A program made the position numbers and the translations under genes. Of a stretch of 64,000 bases of DNA, positions 41,801 to 55,900 are shown in pieces; the stretch's first letter is position 1; the number at the start of each line of letters is the position of its first letter. The notes below the pieces were generated by a model. It saw only the letters and a program-made list of their open reading frames with translations, ran no database searches and was not told the DNA's origin. This stretch comes from Macrostomum lignano. Lineage: Eukaryota. The stretch lies in NCBI GenBank assembly GCA_002269645.1, contig NIVC01001265.1:248001-312000 (forward strand), in the 5' to 3' direction.

Positions 41801-44800
41801 TATTCAGTGTGGGTACAGTATGGGATTCAGTGTGGGTACAGTATGGGATTCAGTGTGGGGTACAGTATGGTATTCAGTGTGGGGTACAGTATGGTATTCA
41901 GTGTGGGTACAGTATGGGATTCAGTGTGGGGTACAGTATGGGATTCAGTGTGGGGTAGGGTATGGGATTCAGTGTGGGGTAGGGTATGGGATTCAGTGTG
42001 GGGTACAGTATGGGATTCAGTGTGGGGTACAGTATGGGATATCAGTATGTGACAGGCGCATCTTAGTGGTACATAATGAATTGCAATATAATGCTACAAT
42101 AGCAGTTATTAATTTATAATTATAACAAGCCGGTTGCTAACGCAAAGATAGCATTTGAAATTAGTAGGCAGCCAATATTGCGCGGCTTGCAATTGAATAA
42201 TAAGTTTGCAAGAAAAATATTTAAGTCAACTTAGGGCCACTAAAAAGAAGTGTTGAAACATTTTCATATAATTTTATTCACTAAATTAGGGTTATTTAGC
42301 ACGCACTGTAATGATTTAGAATGAAAAGTCTTCATTCGCTACTACTAATGAGTAGGCGATCTCTTATTGATATGTGCGGCCAGGGCTTGGAGCTATTTTG
42401 TCGATTTACTAGCATCAACAACAGTGTATTCAGAAACCCAATTACTGGTACACTACTTGATAGTAGTACACATGAACTATACTAATATGCTGGACAAGTT
42501 CGAAATTTACTTTGATAAGCGCAAGTAAAGCAAAGCTCTGTATCTCAGTCTTGAACTTGATAAGCGATTCATACAGTTTAAATTAGCGCTAAAACTGTGC
42601 GTACAACAGTAATCCATGGTCTGATAGTGGCGCCTGGCGCCCGCGCTACCTGACTGGCGCCAGGCGCCTGATAATGACAGGCGATTGGCGCCAACTGACT
42701 GGGCGGCGACTGAGGCAGCTGCGATTGGGTGATGCCGAAAGAAAATTAATTAATTAAGAGAAAACCTGCTGGGTGCGCTGACATTGTGCAACAAATGATG
42801 GATGCTTATAACACCGACAGCCGCGACACCAGATAGGGTAAAGCTTGCCACTAAAGTGCACCGGGACAGTTATATCAAGGACTCTGGCTCTGAGAAAGTC
42901 AGGTCCGCTGTACACCCTGTGTGTGTATGAGTGCGTGCTTGCGTACAGTACTGGCACGCTTGTATGTGTAGGAGCGAATTGAGAAACGCGCCGTCATCCC
43001 TTATTGGACAGGAAGTGGGGTGGGTGCCGGAGCGAGTTAGAGTGAGAGCGATGCAAGACTGGGACCATCAGGGAGTGAGGTGGGTGTCTGGCGGGAGTGT
43101 GTGAGGGCAATACTCGTAAAAGACGCCAAACGGTGCCCCAATTAATCTGAGGCCACTATCAGAAAGTGGTTGGGTGTCTAGCGGGAGTGCTTGAGGGTAA
43201 TAAAAGACGTCAAACAATGCCCCAATTAATCTGAGGCCACTATCAGGGAGCGGGGTGGGTGTTTAGCGGGATAGAGCAGAGATAAAAAAGGCGCTATCGA
43301 GCCCCATAAAATCTGACTTAAATAGTAAACATGCATAGTTCTACTGACGGGCCAGAAACGCTTAATGAAATTGTATAATGAATTTCACAAACGGGGTGAC
43401 AACAATAAATATTGAAATTACCGTGAAACAAATTAGGCAGCAGTATATAGCGAGGAGATTAGTGTTGCTTGCACTAGAATTACTAGGTGTATTATTACTA
43501 ATACTATTATTATGCTGCTTAGCTCAAAAAATATTGCTTGCTTTTACTTCAGTATCGTACACGAAGAGTCAACTAAGGCTCTCACTGATAATTTGTAGCT
43601 TTTTTATATCTTAAACTCGTTGGCACAATGCAAATCGATAATACAATCGTTATTGGTTACTAACAGTAGCTAGTTAGGAAAAACACTATATTAGGTAGTA
43701 ACAATAATAGAAGGCAGACGCGAGCGGTGCACAGACAAATAATAATGGTAGGCAACTACAGACCAGCCAGTCTGGAGCGATATGACTGAATAGTTTTAAC
43801 ACGATTGGCCGGCGATGCAGCCTGGCTGCGTCTGATGCTGCTGCGCATCAGGCTGAGGCCTCTGGACAGGGGCGTTGGGGCTGCAAAAACCGGTCGAGCC
43901 TTCGCTACTGTAGCAGCACAGGGCGCTTTTTACACGTTAATTATTTGAGATAAATAAATAAATATGGCACAACAGGGACAAGATTCTGTGATTGTAATTT
44001 TTCAGTTGACTTTAAGTAGCTAAATATAACAAAAATATTTTTATGACGAGAGAGTATTTAAAAAAACAAACGTTTTAATATTTGCGGTAATTATTAACAG
44101 AAAGATATTAATTCTGGATTGTATACAGCCCCTCGGATACACAAAATTGTAAAATAATAATGCCAATTTTTGTTAAAAATAACAAAAATTATCTACGGGA
44201 GAAGACAAAACAGCTCCGCAACTGCGCTAGACGACAACAAAAAAATAGTTTAAATTGTAGGTGAAAGAGATGGGTTCTAAACAAGGAGGCACACGGGCAG
44301 ATGATGCATGGATTTTTACGACGAGTTGAACTAATGCGCGCTCAAGGTCGTAATTTTAGTAGGGTATAAAGCTGATAATGTAAATATTTTATCTGTTGAC
44401 GCTCATTAGCAGCATGGCCAGGATTCCTACAGTCTTCCTACGTTTAACTAACTCGACGCTCATTGGCGTTTCTACCGCACTCATTTCTACCCCTAACTCG
44501 ACGCTCATTGGCTAGTTTCTAGCACCCTCATTCCTACCCCTAACACGACGCTCATTGGCTAGTTCCTACCACACTCATTCCTACCCCTTACTTGACGCTT
44601 ATTGGCTAGTTCCAACGAAACTCATTCTTACCTCTAACCCAATGTTCACTGGCTAGTTTCTAGTCCCTAGACACCACCTCACACCCATTCGACCCCATAA
44701 TCTAAGCACTATCGACTAGTTAAAGCTGAGACAGTACTAGTGGGTGTATCTAGTGGGATATAGAACTGTTTTACATACCAAAAGATCCTAAACTAAATAG

Positions 44801-46105
44801 CATTAATAGAAACACTATAATGAGCAAAGCTTGCGCGACGTGAAGTAACTAAACAAAAGAAAAAGGATGTGTATTAAGGAAAACTAACTAAATCACGCGA
44901 CACAGAAAAATAGAAAGACAAATAAAAGAAGTGATGATTAATGCTTGGCCAAAGATTATCACAAAACTACGCCAGCCAACTGACAATGCAGATTTTTTAG
45001 AAACATAAAAGCGCGCAAACAAACACACACGCAGCCAACTCAGACATACACGTGCGCCGCTGCAATTTACTGCCCAATATTGGCGAGTAGACTCGTCTGA
45101 GCACTAAAAATTGAGATAGATGAAGAGAATGCCAAAATGGAACAGATAGTCACGATTCCCTATCAATTTATTACGAGCGTATTTATAAAAAGCAGCTCAA
45201 AGAAAAACAAAATGATTTTGGCATTTAGAAAAACAACTGCTGTTTTATTTGACCTGCGCCGGGCAGGCAAGCCAATGCGAAGCAAATTGGTACACGTTGC
45301 GTGCCTATTATACTACTACTCTTATGTAATAAGTTGTGCAAAAGGGTATAAAAAAAAAAACACAAAAACTCTATTTGACATCAACTAATATAAAATGATT
45401 TTATGCACTCGTAGAATCCACGCTGAAAATCCCTAAACTTGAAACAACTATTTTCATAAATAGTAATACGACGAACTACTTTGTCAATTCAATGCAATAC
45501 ACTACTACTGCAGTAGGATAAGTAAAAATTAATTCACAAAAAGCAACTGCACTCACTTTTGCTCCTGCTAATGCCGACGCCAGAGCGGATATTCGGCGCC
45601 CCGGCGCTAGATGAGGCGCGCATCGAGCTCAAGAATTTGTTGAATCCGCTGGCAGACGAATTTGTTGTTGGCGAGCGCCGTCTGGACTGCACTGGGGTGG
45701 CCAGCGGGCAGCTGAGACCGCCGCCAGATGATGAAGCTGCTGGGTAGCCGGGCGCTCCGGCGCCAATCGACCCGGAGTCGTCATCCGCAGCGCCTGAGGC
45801 AGCCTGAGCAACTGATGCGGAGCTCAGGGCAGCCGAAACAAGGGCCTGGAACAGGCGCTGCTGCTCCTCGGATAGGCTGGAGTCGGTGGCCGCTGAAGTG
45901 GACGATGAAGCCGACGGGTCCAGACTCTGCTGCTGCTGTTGCTGATGATGATGGCTGCTGGCGATGGCGAAGTTCACCGCTTTGGCCTGGGAAAGCCAAG
46001 TTTGAGGCAAGAAGCTTGCGAATCGGATTGGTTGGTTAGACTGATGATGACGGTGACGGGGAGGCGGGGAAGAAGCTCAGCGGCTGCAACCATCAATCAA
46101 TCAAC

Positions 46106-46174
<69 letters not shown>

Positions 46175-49100
46175 TACTAATTTCTATCTCTATTTCCAGG
46201 TTTGCAGGCTTCTTTAACTTCAGCCTAATGAGGCAAAAAGTGACTAGGAGCTAATTAGGGGGCATTCATACAAAGTTTTAAAATTTATTTTATTCAAAAA
46301 ACGAGAGACTGTTTCATGCCATGCAGACCGGCTAAAAACCCACCTGGAAGCCACCGGAGCGGAGCAGCAGTGCCCCGGTTGCCTGACAGCGCCAGGTGAG
46401 CACCGGGAACCGGCCTTGCCGGTGCGCCCGGGCCAGCCGCTTCAATGCGTCGTCGGACACGCCAGCCGGCACAGTCAGCAGGGCCGGGTAGCTGGGCACC
46501 AGATCGTGCGAGAAGTTCAAGTAGGTGACCCGGACATCCTGTTGCTGGCTGCCGTGGCCAACTGGATGGTGCGGGCTCTGCTGGTGCTGCTGCAGCGGCA
46601 GCAGGTCGAGCCGGCGAAGATCTTCGTAGGCAGGGGAGCGGAGCAGGCTGCGCAGCAGCTCCGAGGACTGCTGGTGCTGCTGGCTTAGAGGCCGGATTGG
46701 GGCGGCGTCTGGGCGGTGGCAGAGAGTGGGGGGCGGCGCTGAGTCATCGAGCTTCTCGGCTGGCCTTTTGCTTTTCCATCCATCCTATTCGGTGTTCTAA
46801 CCGGCTCATCACACCCTCCCAGATCTTCAGTTGCTGGGCCAGCCTCCCAGATCCTCAGTTGCTGGGCCAGCCTCCCAGATCCTCAGTTGCTGGGCCAGCC
46901 TCCCAGATCCTCAGTTGCTGATCCAGCCTCCCAGATCCTCAGTTGCTGGGCCAGCCTCCCAGATCCTCAGTTGCTGGGCCAGCCTCCCAGATCCTCAGTT
47001 GCTGGGCCACCGCCAGCCTCCCAGATCCTCAGTTACTGGGCCAGCCTCCCAGATTCTCAGTTGCTGGGCCAGCCTCCCAGATCCTCAGTTGCTGGGCCAG
47101 CCTCCCAGATCCTCAGTCGCTGGGCAACCTTCTCAGATTCTCAGTGGCTGGGCCAGCCTCCCAGGACCCTGTCAATCACGCGGCCCGGACAGCTCACCAC
47201 AGTCAGTCATCAGACTGGACCGGTTGCTTGAGGCGTCCGACTCCGAAGGCCGGGTTGTTCCAACCGGCTGCAGCAGGGTGCGCCGCTTCAGGCCCACCCG
47301 CTGGGCCGCGCTGGCTGTGCCCTTCATGATACGCCTGGGGAAGGGAGCGAAGGACACGAGTAAAGATAATTTGTTGAAGAAAGACCAATGCTAAAACGAT
47401 GAACCAATACAGTCTACCCCAAGGTGACATTTTTTAGTCTTAAAGAAAGACAAAGATTACTATTACAACTAAACTTCACATTCAGTAAAAAAGATACACC
47501 ATAGTAACAAAGGCACACCATTGTAGCAAAGACACACCATAGTAACAAAGACACATCATAGTAACAAAGACACTATAGTAACAAAGACACACCATAGTAA
47601 CAAAGACACACGATTGTAACAAAGGCACACGATTTTAAAAGGCACATCATTGTAACAAAGGCACACGATTGTAACAAAGACACCATTGTAACTAAGGCAG
47701 ACGATTGTAACAAAGACACCATTGTAACAAAGGCAGACGATTGTAACAAAGACACACGATTGTAACACAGACACACGATTGTAACAAAGGCACACGATTG
47801 TAACAAAGACACACCATTGTAACAAAGACATCCTAATCTTAGACGCAAACACTTGACTTGCATAGACACTATACTCGTACATGTATTTCCACACAAAGAC
47901 CCGATGAAAAACCCAGACCAGATCAATACCACACTCACGTAAGCGTGGACTGCTTCAATTTTCGCTTCCTATCGGCCAGAGTGGCGTCCTGACCGGCCGC
48001 GGTTTCGGCCGAGCAGCGAATCGCCCCGGGGAAAAAGTAGGCCCTGGGCCCCGGCCCGACCGGCCCGCCGCTGCCGCCGCCGCTGCCGCCGCCTCCAGCA
48101 GCGGCCGGATACCGGATGGCCTTGATGCTGTCCAACAGTTCGGTGATCTCTTCCTCAGCGGCATCGAATCCGATTTTCAATGCCTCAAATGTGACAGACT
48201 TGAACAGCACCTGTTCGCGCACCGAATGCCGGTTTTGCACGGTCGGCAACAGCATGGGATCGCGCTCCGCCTTGCCCAGCCGCTTGATCTTGTACAGAGC
48301 GGCCAGCGGGAAGTAGCGGACTATCATCTTCTCCGACTGGAGCACGTTGGACGGCACGCCTTTGAATATGATGCTGGGGGGTTGGGGTGTGTGTGATTAT
48401 CCTCTGATACTACTGACAATACTCACTGCTGATACTACTGACAATGCTCACTACTGATACTACTGACAATTGACAACCAATGCCGACCAATGCATGTAAT
48501 GTATGCAAGAAAAATGCTGAAACATCCGGAACCCCCATGCAGCCCCTAGCTACCGGTAGTTCGTGAGCAGGAAGATGCCTTCGGCGGGCAGCCAAGCAAT
48601 GTCCAGCGTCAACTCGTCGTCCGTCAGCGCCGAGCCGCCCCCGTGCCCAGCCGTGGCAGCGGCGACAGCGGCGGCGGCCGTATCGGTAGCCAGCTCAGCG
48701 CTGGAGTCCAACTCCAACCTGATTGGTTCGCGCCGGCCATCAGCGTACAGGTAGGCTCGCAGCGGCTTAGGGACCAGATGCCGTTCCCCTGGCAACAGAG
48801 CTGGCGGCAGAATCTTGGCCTTCTGCGATTTCGGAATCTTACGATACTCAGCCCAGATACTGTCAACATTCTCCAGGTGCACATAGTTAATAAAGTCGTG
48901 CAGCTTAGTCTTCAACCTGTCGGCTCGTTCAACGGACAGGCGATTCTCTGAGCACACCCTGTCAAGGAATCTCTCCTTCACCCAGGTCTCCAGTTCCTGC
49001 ACGAATGCCTCGTTAGAGTCCACGCAGATCCCGGACTCTTTGTCGATGGAGTCGGCCTCCCCGGCGCCCGAGGTGTGCTGCGAGCTGGAGTTATTATCGC

Positions 49101-51035
49101 ATCCGGTGTCCATCATCAGGCGCGAGGAACCCGGCCCGCCGCTCCGGGATTCGAGCCGGCGACGACCCCGGTCAAGGGGGACGCGGAGCATGACCAGGCG
49201 GAAGATGAAATCGTTGGCGATGTTCTCAAGTGAGTCCTCTTCGCAGCGTTGCAACGCCTGGCGCTCCTCTTCGCCCAGGTCCTGGTAGCGGGACATCACC
49301 TTGGCAGCCACGTCCAGCGCGGACTGCTCGGCGCTGTGCTCCTCGGACTCCTGCGGACGGCGGGTGGTAGGGTCTGGTGGTGTTAGGGTCTGGTAGGGTT
49401 GGGTCTGGTGGTGTTAGGGTCTGGTAGGGTTGGGTCTGGTGGTGTTAGGGTCTGGTAGGGTTGGGTCTGGTGGTGTTAGGGTCTGGTAGGGTTGGGTCTG
49501 GTGGTGTTAGGGTCTGGTAGGGCTGGGTCTGGTGGTGTTAGGGTCTGGTAGGGTTGGGTCTGGTGGTGTTAGGGTCTGGTAGGGTTGGGTCTGGTGGTGT
49601 TAGGGTCTGGTAGGGTTGGGTCTGGTGGTGTTAGGGTCTGGTAGGGTTGGGTCTGGTGGTGTTAGGGTCTGGTAGGGTTGGGTCTGGTGGTGTTAGGGTC
49701 TGGTAGGGCTGGGTCTGGTAGGGCTGGGTCTGGTAGGCTGTAGTGGGTTGGGATCTAGTAGACTTAAGGGTTCAGTCAGACATGGTGCAGGGTTCACTCA
49801 GACAGGGTGCAGGGTTCAGTCAGACAGGGTGCAGGGTTCAGTCAGACAGGGTGCAGGGTTCAGTCAGACAGGGTGCAGGGTTCAGTCAGATAGGGTGCAG
49901 GGTTCACTCAGACAGGGTGCAGGGTTCAGTCAGACAGGGTGCAGGGTTCAGTCAGACAGGGTGCAGGGTTCAGTCAGACAGGGTGCAGGGTTCAGTCAGA
50001 TAGGGTGCAGGACTCAGTCTAGGTACGCACCTCCGACAGTCCCATCCGCTTGTGCCACTCGTCCAGGTACAGCCGGCGCAAGTCGTCCTGCACAAAGCGG
50101 TTGAATGCCCAGTGCCAGAAGGCGTCAGATGTCCAGGCCGGGCAGGACTGAACCTCCTCGGTCATGCAGGCCAGCAGTTCAAGCTGAGAGTCAGAGCCCT
50201 CGGCGGACGGCAGCACGCAGTGTAAGGTGATCAGCAGCGGCAGGGTGAGTAGGGCGCATTCGCACTCGTCCTGCTGGGTGTCCAGCTTGAGCGCGTGCAC
50301 CAACAGCTCACACACCTGACCGAGAGGTGATTAAAGCTGAATAGGACTGTGCATTGGAATCCCAAATATCAAGTTTCAAGGGGATCTCACTGAATCTCAG
50401 TGACCCTCCACCCCATCTTCAGTGCTCGGATGGGATCTCACTGAATCCCAGTGACCCTCCACCCCATCTTCAGTGCTCGGATGGGATCTCACTGAATCCC
50501 AGTGACCCTCCACCCCATCTCTAGTGCTCGGATGGGATCTCACTGAATCCCAGTGACCCACCACCCCATCTCTAGTGCTCGGATGGGATCTCACTGAATC
50601 CCAGTAACCCTCCACTGAATCCCCAGTGCTCGGATGGGATGGTCAGCCGCAGGTTGCAGGCAAAGCTAGCCTCACCAGTTCAAAGGGCTGCTGGTCCAGT
50701 GTGCGATAGCCGCGCAGGCAGACGAACTCGTTCAGCAGCGACACCATACGGAGCCGGCACCAGCGGCTGACCAAGTCCCGCTTGACCGCCTTCACAACCT
50801 TCTTGGCCTCGGATATTCGACCTTCAAAGATGCTGCGCACGCAGGCCTCCATGATGTCGAGCTTCTGTCGGTCGCTCATCTGATGATGGGCCGAGCGCGG
50901 CTTCGGTCGGAGCTCTTCGAGCCGCTGGCCGGGCCGAACTATGCGGCACTGCTGCTGCACCCGGGTGGCCAGCCTGCGGGGCGGGCGGGGGTGCGTGGCG
51001 TGCTCTGATGGCAGCGGCGGACTGACAGAAAGACT

Positions 51036-51079
<44 letters not shown>

Positions 51080-51106
51080 GGCAGACAGACAGACAGACAG
51101 ACAGAA

Positions 51107-51142
<36 letters not shown>

Positions 51143-51168
51143 TGACAGACAAACAGACAGACACACAC

Positions 51169-51227
<59 letters not shown>

Positions 51228-51278
51228 CACACACAGACAGACAGACAGACAGACAGACTGACAGACAGATAGATAGCC

Positions 51279-51369
<91 letters not shown>

Positions 51370-51370
51370 C

Positions 51371-51417
<47 letters not shown>

Positions 51418-51418
51418 C

Positions 51419-51472
<54 letters not shown>

Positions 51473-51492
51473 TGACAGACAGATAGATAGCC

Positions 51493-51571
<79 letters not shown>

Positions 51572-52868
51572 TACACAGACAGACAGACACAGACAGGCAC
51601 TAAGGCAAGCACTAAGATAGACACTGAGCCACACTAATACAGGCAGACAGCAGAAGTCAGAACTCACTTCTGCATGACGGGCTGCTTGGTGAGCGCGCTG
51701 TTGATGACCTGGCCAACCAGCTCGGCGTTGAGCTGAGGGAACGGCAGCTGGTACAGCCGCTGGTCGGCGCCCTCGGCCGGCTGAGGAACGATCTTCTGGA
51801 AGCGGGCCGCGCCTGGCGGGTTCTCGTTCTCGTACAGGCGCAGCGCCAGCCGATCGATTCGCTCCCGCCGGACAGACGGGTCGGCGGCTTCAGCGGCCAG
51901 CCGCTCGGCCAAGCCGGCGTACTCGTCGTCGAAGGTGTCGGTGACGCGGAACGGCGGACCGCGCGTCTGGCAGAATTGATAGAACATGACCGTCTCCGAG
52001 GTGAACTTCTGCATGAATTTGTCGTCGGCGAAGCCGCGGGCGCCAAGAAAGCTAGCCTGGGTGATTGGAGAGAAATGAGGCACTTCTAATGTGGCGAGTC
52101 AATTATTAATAAAAATACAGTAACGGTTGCTCCCGCCGTTTACCCAAAGCAATTTTGGAAAGACCCACTTAGCACTCATTAGATGACGAGGCAACTTGTG
52201 TAAAAACACAGTAATAGTTACTCTCGCCGCTTACCTACAAAGGTTGATTTTTAGGTTGATCCTTATCGTTTTGAATTGATTATATCCAATATAATCGCAT
52301 TTATACACAGACAGAACTGTCTGTAGACACATGATAAATTATATTACTTAATAATAACTATCATCATAAGCCTTAGCTAAGAGTATACTTATAACATCTA
52401 TCCTGCTGCGCAGAAAATTCCTTAACGGAAAGTATAGGAAGACGACAAATATAAGGGTGTCTCCTCGGCCACAGCATTTTCCCCTTAAGCCAGCTGCAGT
52501 GAAGACTTCCTTAAATTATATTCGCCAGCAGATCCCATTTTCCTCCTCTCTGTCTCTCTCTCCCTTTCTCCCCCCTTACTTAACCGCTTCATCGATCCCA
52601 CTAATTTTTATCCCAAAGACAGCTGCATATGCAGGAACAACCCCAGTTGGTTCAGTGCGTTGAGTTATTTCAGACTCGCTCAGCATTATGAAGCAATACG
52701 CAATGGCTTGCACTACTTCAAAGCGGTTGAGCATCTATAAGATGGGTCAGAAAACTTCGGCCCGCGAAGCCTCTCTATCCGAATTTCGGGTCTTTGGAAA
52801 CTGCACCATACCAACCTGGCCCGCTCAGGGCTTGTCTCTTCTCAGCTCTCTCTCTCTCTCCTCTCTCC

Positions 52869-52936
<68 letters not shown>

Positions 52937-55900
52937 CCCTCTTCTCTCTCTCCCTCATCTCTCACCTTTCTCCCTCTTCTCTCCACCATCCCCTCTCCTC
53001 TCTTTCCTCTCTCTTATCTTTTCTGTCATCCCATCTCGCCTCTCCTCTTTTCTTTTTATCTTTCGTCTTTTATTTTCGCTTTTTCCACTCTCATCTCGCT
53101 CGTAGCCATGAATGATTTTGATTATTTATTTGGCCCTTGAGGTAAAAGAGTTTGCCAAACCCTGAATTCTATCAGATCACTTCGAGCATCCTCGTTCATG
53201 CGCAGGCCCATAATATGTTTTCTCATCAAGTCAGAATGATCACTTTTTCACAGCATCCGACAACCCCTGACAGATTACTCGTCAGTACTGACGGAAACTT
53301 CCAAGTGGGTTAATCATTGTACATGTAGCTAGGCAGTTAGATTTCGGGGGGGGGGGCACAGAGAGTGTACATGCCTGAGAGTGTACATGCCTGAGAGTGT
53401 ACATGCCTGAGAGTGTACATGCCTGAGAGTGTACATGCCTGAGAGTGTACATGCCTGAGAGTGTACATGCCTGAGAGTGTACATGCCTGAGAGTGTACAT
53501 GCCTGAGAGTGTACATGCCTGAGAGTGTACATGCCTGAGAGTGTACATGCCTGAGAGTGTACATGCCTGAGAGTGTACATGCCTGAGAGTGTACATGCCT
53601 GAGAGTGTACATGCCTGAGAGTGTACATGCCTGAGAGTGTACATGCCTGAGAGTGTACATGCCTGAGAGTGTACATGCCTGAGAGTGTACATGCCTGAGA
53701 GTGTACATGCCTGAGAGTGTACATGCCTGAGTGTACATGCCTGACGATTAGAAAGTCAGGGCCGCTGTACAACCCTGCGTGAGCGTTTGTGTGAGTGCGT
53801 GACTGCGTACAGTATTGGCGCGCTTGTACGTGCTCAGCAGTCAGCTAGCTGGATGGGCAGAATTGCCGTCAGAGATGGTGTAGGACGATTTCGCCGAAGG
53901 CGTGTCCATTATTCTTCCGCAATTATTATTTAGTATTGCTACTACGAGGTAGTATTATTATTACTATTACTTAAATTCCATAAGCTTCTGCCAGCTAGCG
54001 CTGCTTACATAATGAAACACTGTGCTAACAAGGTGAACTGACTCGCCCCTCTGACCCTTCCACTTTCACCCGACCCCACCCTACCAAAAACCCGGCCATC
54101 TTCGTTCCCAATAATATGCCGATCCCCTTCTGCCCTCCCTCCCTCTCTCTAGGCTCTCCCGATTTTTGCACAGGGCAGCCCCAGCCTTCCGTGACCTCAT
54201 AGCGTTCGCCGCTAGGCAGCTGAGGGGAAATTGCAAGGCTGCATCTAGGCGGCTAGGTATCTGGGCAGAGGAATCGGACAGACGGCTATCAGAATAGATT
54301 AACGCTATGGCCAGCCGTGAATGAAAGAATGTGGAGATGCAGACTGAAAGAAATTCGGAGGCCGGAGATGAGATGGGAAGATGGAAGATGATGATGACAT
54401 GGAGGCTGAGTGATGACATAGATGGTAGATAGAGACTGATATGAAAGCTGAGAGATGAGGAGAGATGGAGGCTGAGAGATGAAATTAAGAGATGGATGCT
54501 TAGAGATGAGATGGGGTAGATTGAGGCTGAGAAACGAGATGGGGAGATCGAGGCTGAGAGATGAGATGCAGAGATGAAGGCTGAGAGATGAGATGAAGAG
54601 ATGGGGCTGAGAGATGAGATGAAGAGATTGGGGCTGAGAGATGAGGAGAGAGATAAAGGTTGAGATGAGATGGAGAGAGGGGGGCTGAGATGAGAAGAGA
54701 GATGAAGGTTGAGATGAGATGGAGAGAGGGGGGCTGAGATGAGGAGAGAGATGAAGGTTGAGATCAGATGGATAGATACTCGCATACACATGTATACAAA
54801 TTCCAATTCTAGTTGGTTAGCATAACATAATTAATTAGTAACTAGCTATGCTAATGCACAAACCCTGTCTATTCTGAAGCAACTACACGCGAAATGCAGA
54901 TGCGCAATATGCCAATAATAACAATCAATGGCATTCGAAAGATCCATTGCGCAAAAAAATTAGCCGCAAGAAAATATTCAGTCTGTTATTCTGCTTTAAA
55001 TAAGAAGATAAACTCGAGGGTGGCAGAGTTATCTGTTGCGCAAAATTCAAAGATTCCTTTGAGAAAGTACGCAACACCAGAAATATACCGGTACTTGTCA
55101 AAAAATTCTTTTCTCAAATCAAGAAAATATCAGACTTTCATGCCGTCAAAAGCTCAAAACTTCTCACAAGCTCGAAACTTCTCAAGCTCGAAACTTCACA
55201 ATAATAAGCTCGAATATTCACAAGCTCGAATATTCACAAGCTCGAATATTCACAAGCTCAAATATTCACAAGCTCGAATATTCACAAGCTCGAATATTCA
55301 CAAGCTCGAATATTCACAAGCTCGAATATTCACAAGCTCGAATATTCACAAACTCGAAACTTCCCAAGCTCAAAACTTCTCACAAGCTCGAAACTTCACA
55401 ACAATAAGATTGATTCTTCACAAGCTCGAAACTTCACACCAATAAGCTCGAATCTTCACAAGCTCGAAACTTCACAGCTCGAAGCTTCACAAGCTCAAAA
55501 CTTCACAAGCTCGAAACTTCACAAGCTCGAAACTTCACAAGCTCGAAACTTCACAAGCTCGAAACTTCACAAGCTCGAATCTTCACAAGCTCGAATCTTC
55601 ACAAGCTCGAAACTTCACATTATCAAAATGTTAATTTTACTAGCTTGAAATTTCATCAAAATTTAAACGATTTGAGATATATCGAGATTGTGAAAACTTT
55701 CAGATTTAGGCTTATGAAATCTTTAATTGAACTCGTGTCAGTCAAATCAGCCAGTTGGTGGGTGGCACACAGGCTGCTACACAGCAGGGGTTATATCTGG
55801 CACAGTTTACAGTCACGCCAGCAGCAGAAACTGGATTGGCAGGTAGCACAAAAAACTAAAAAAGCCAAAAAACTGGAGTGGAGGTCGCGTGAGGTGACAG

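Noticed and set aside
49365-49740. Interstitial telomere
   Set aside because: TTAGGG occurs only once per 31-bp unit, not in tandem.
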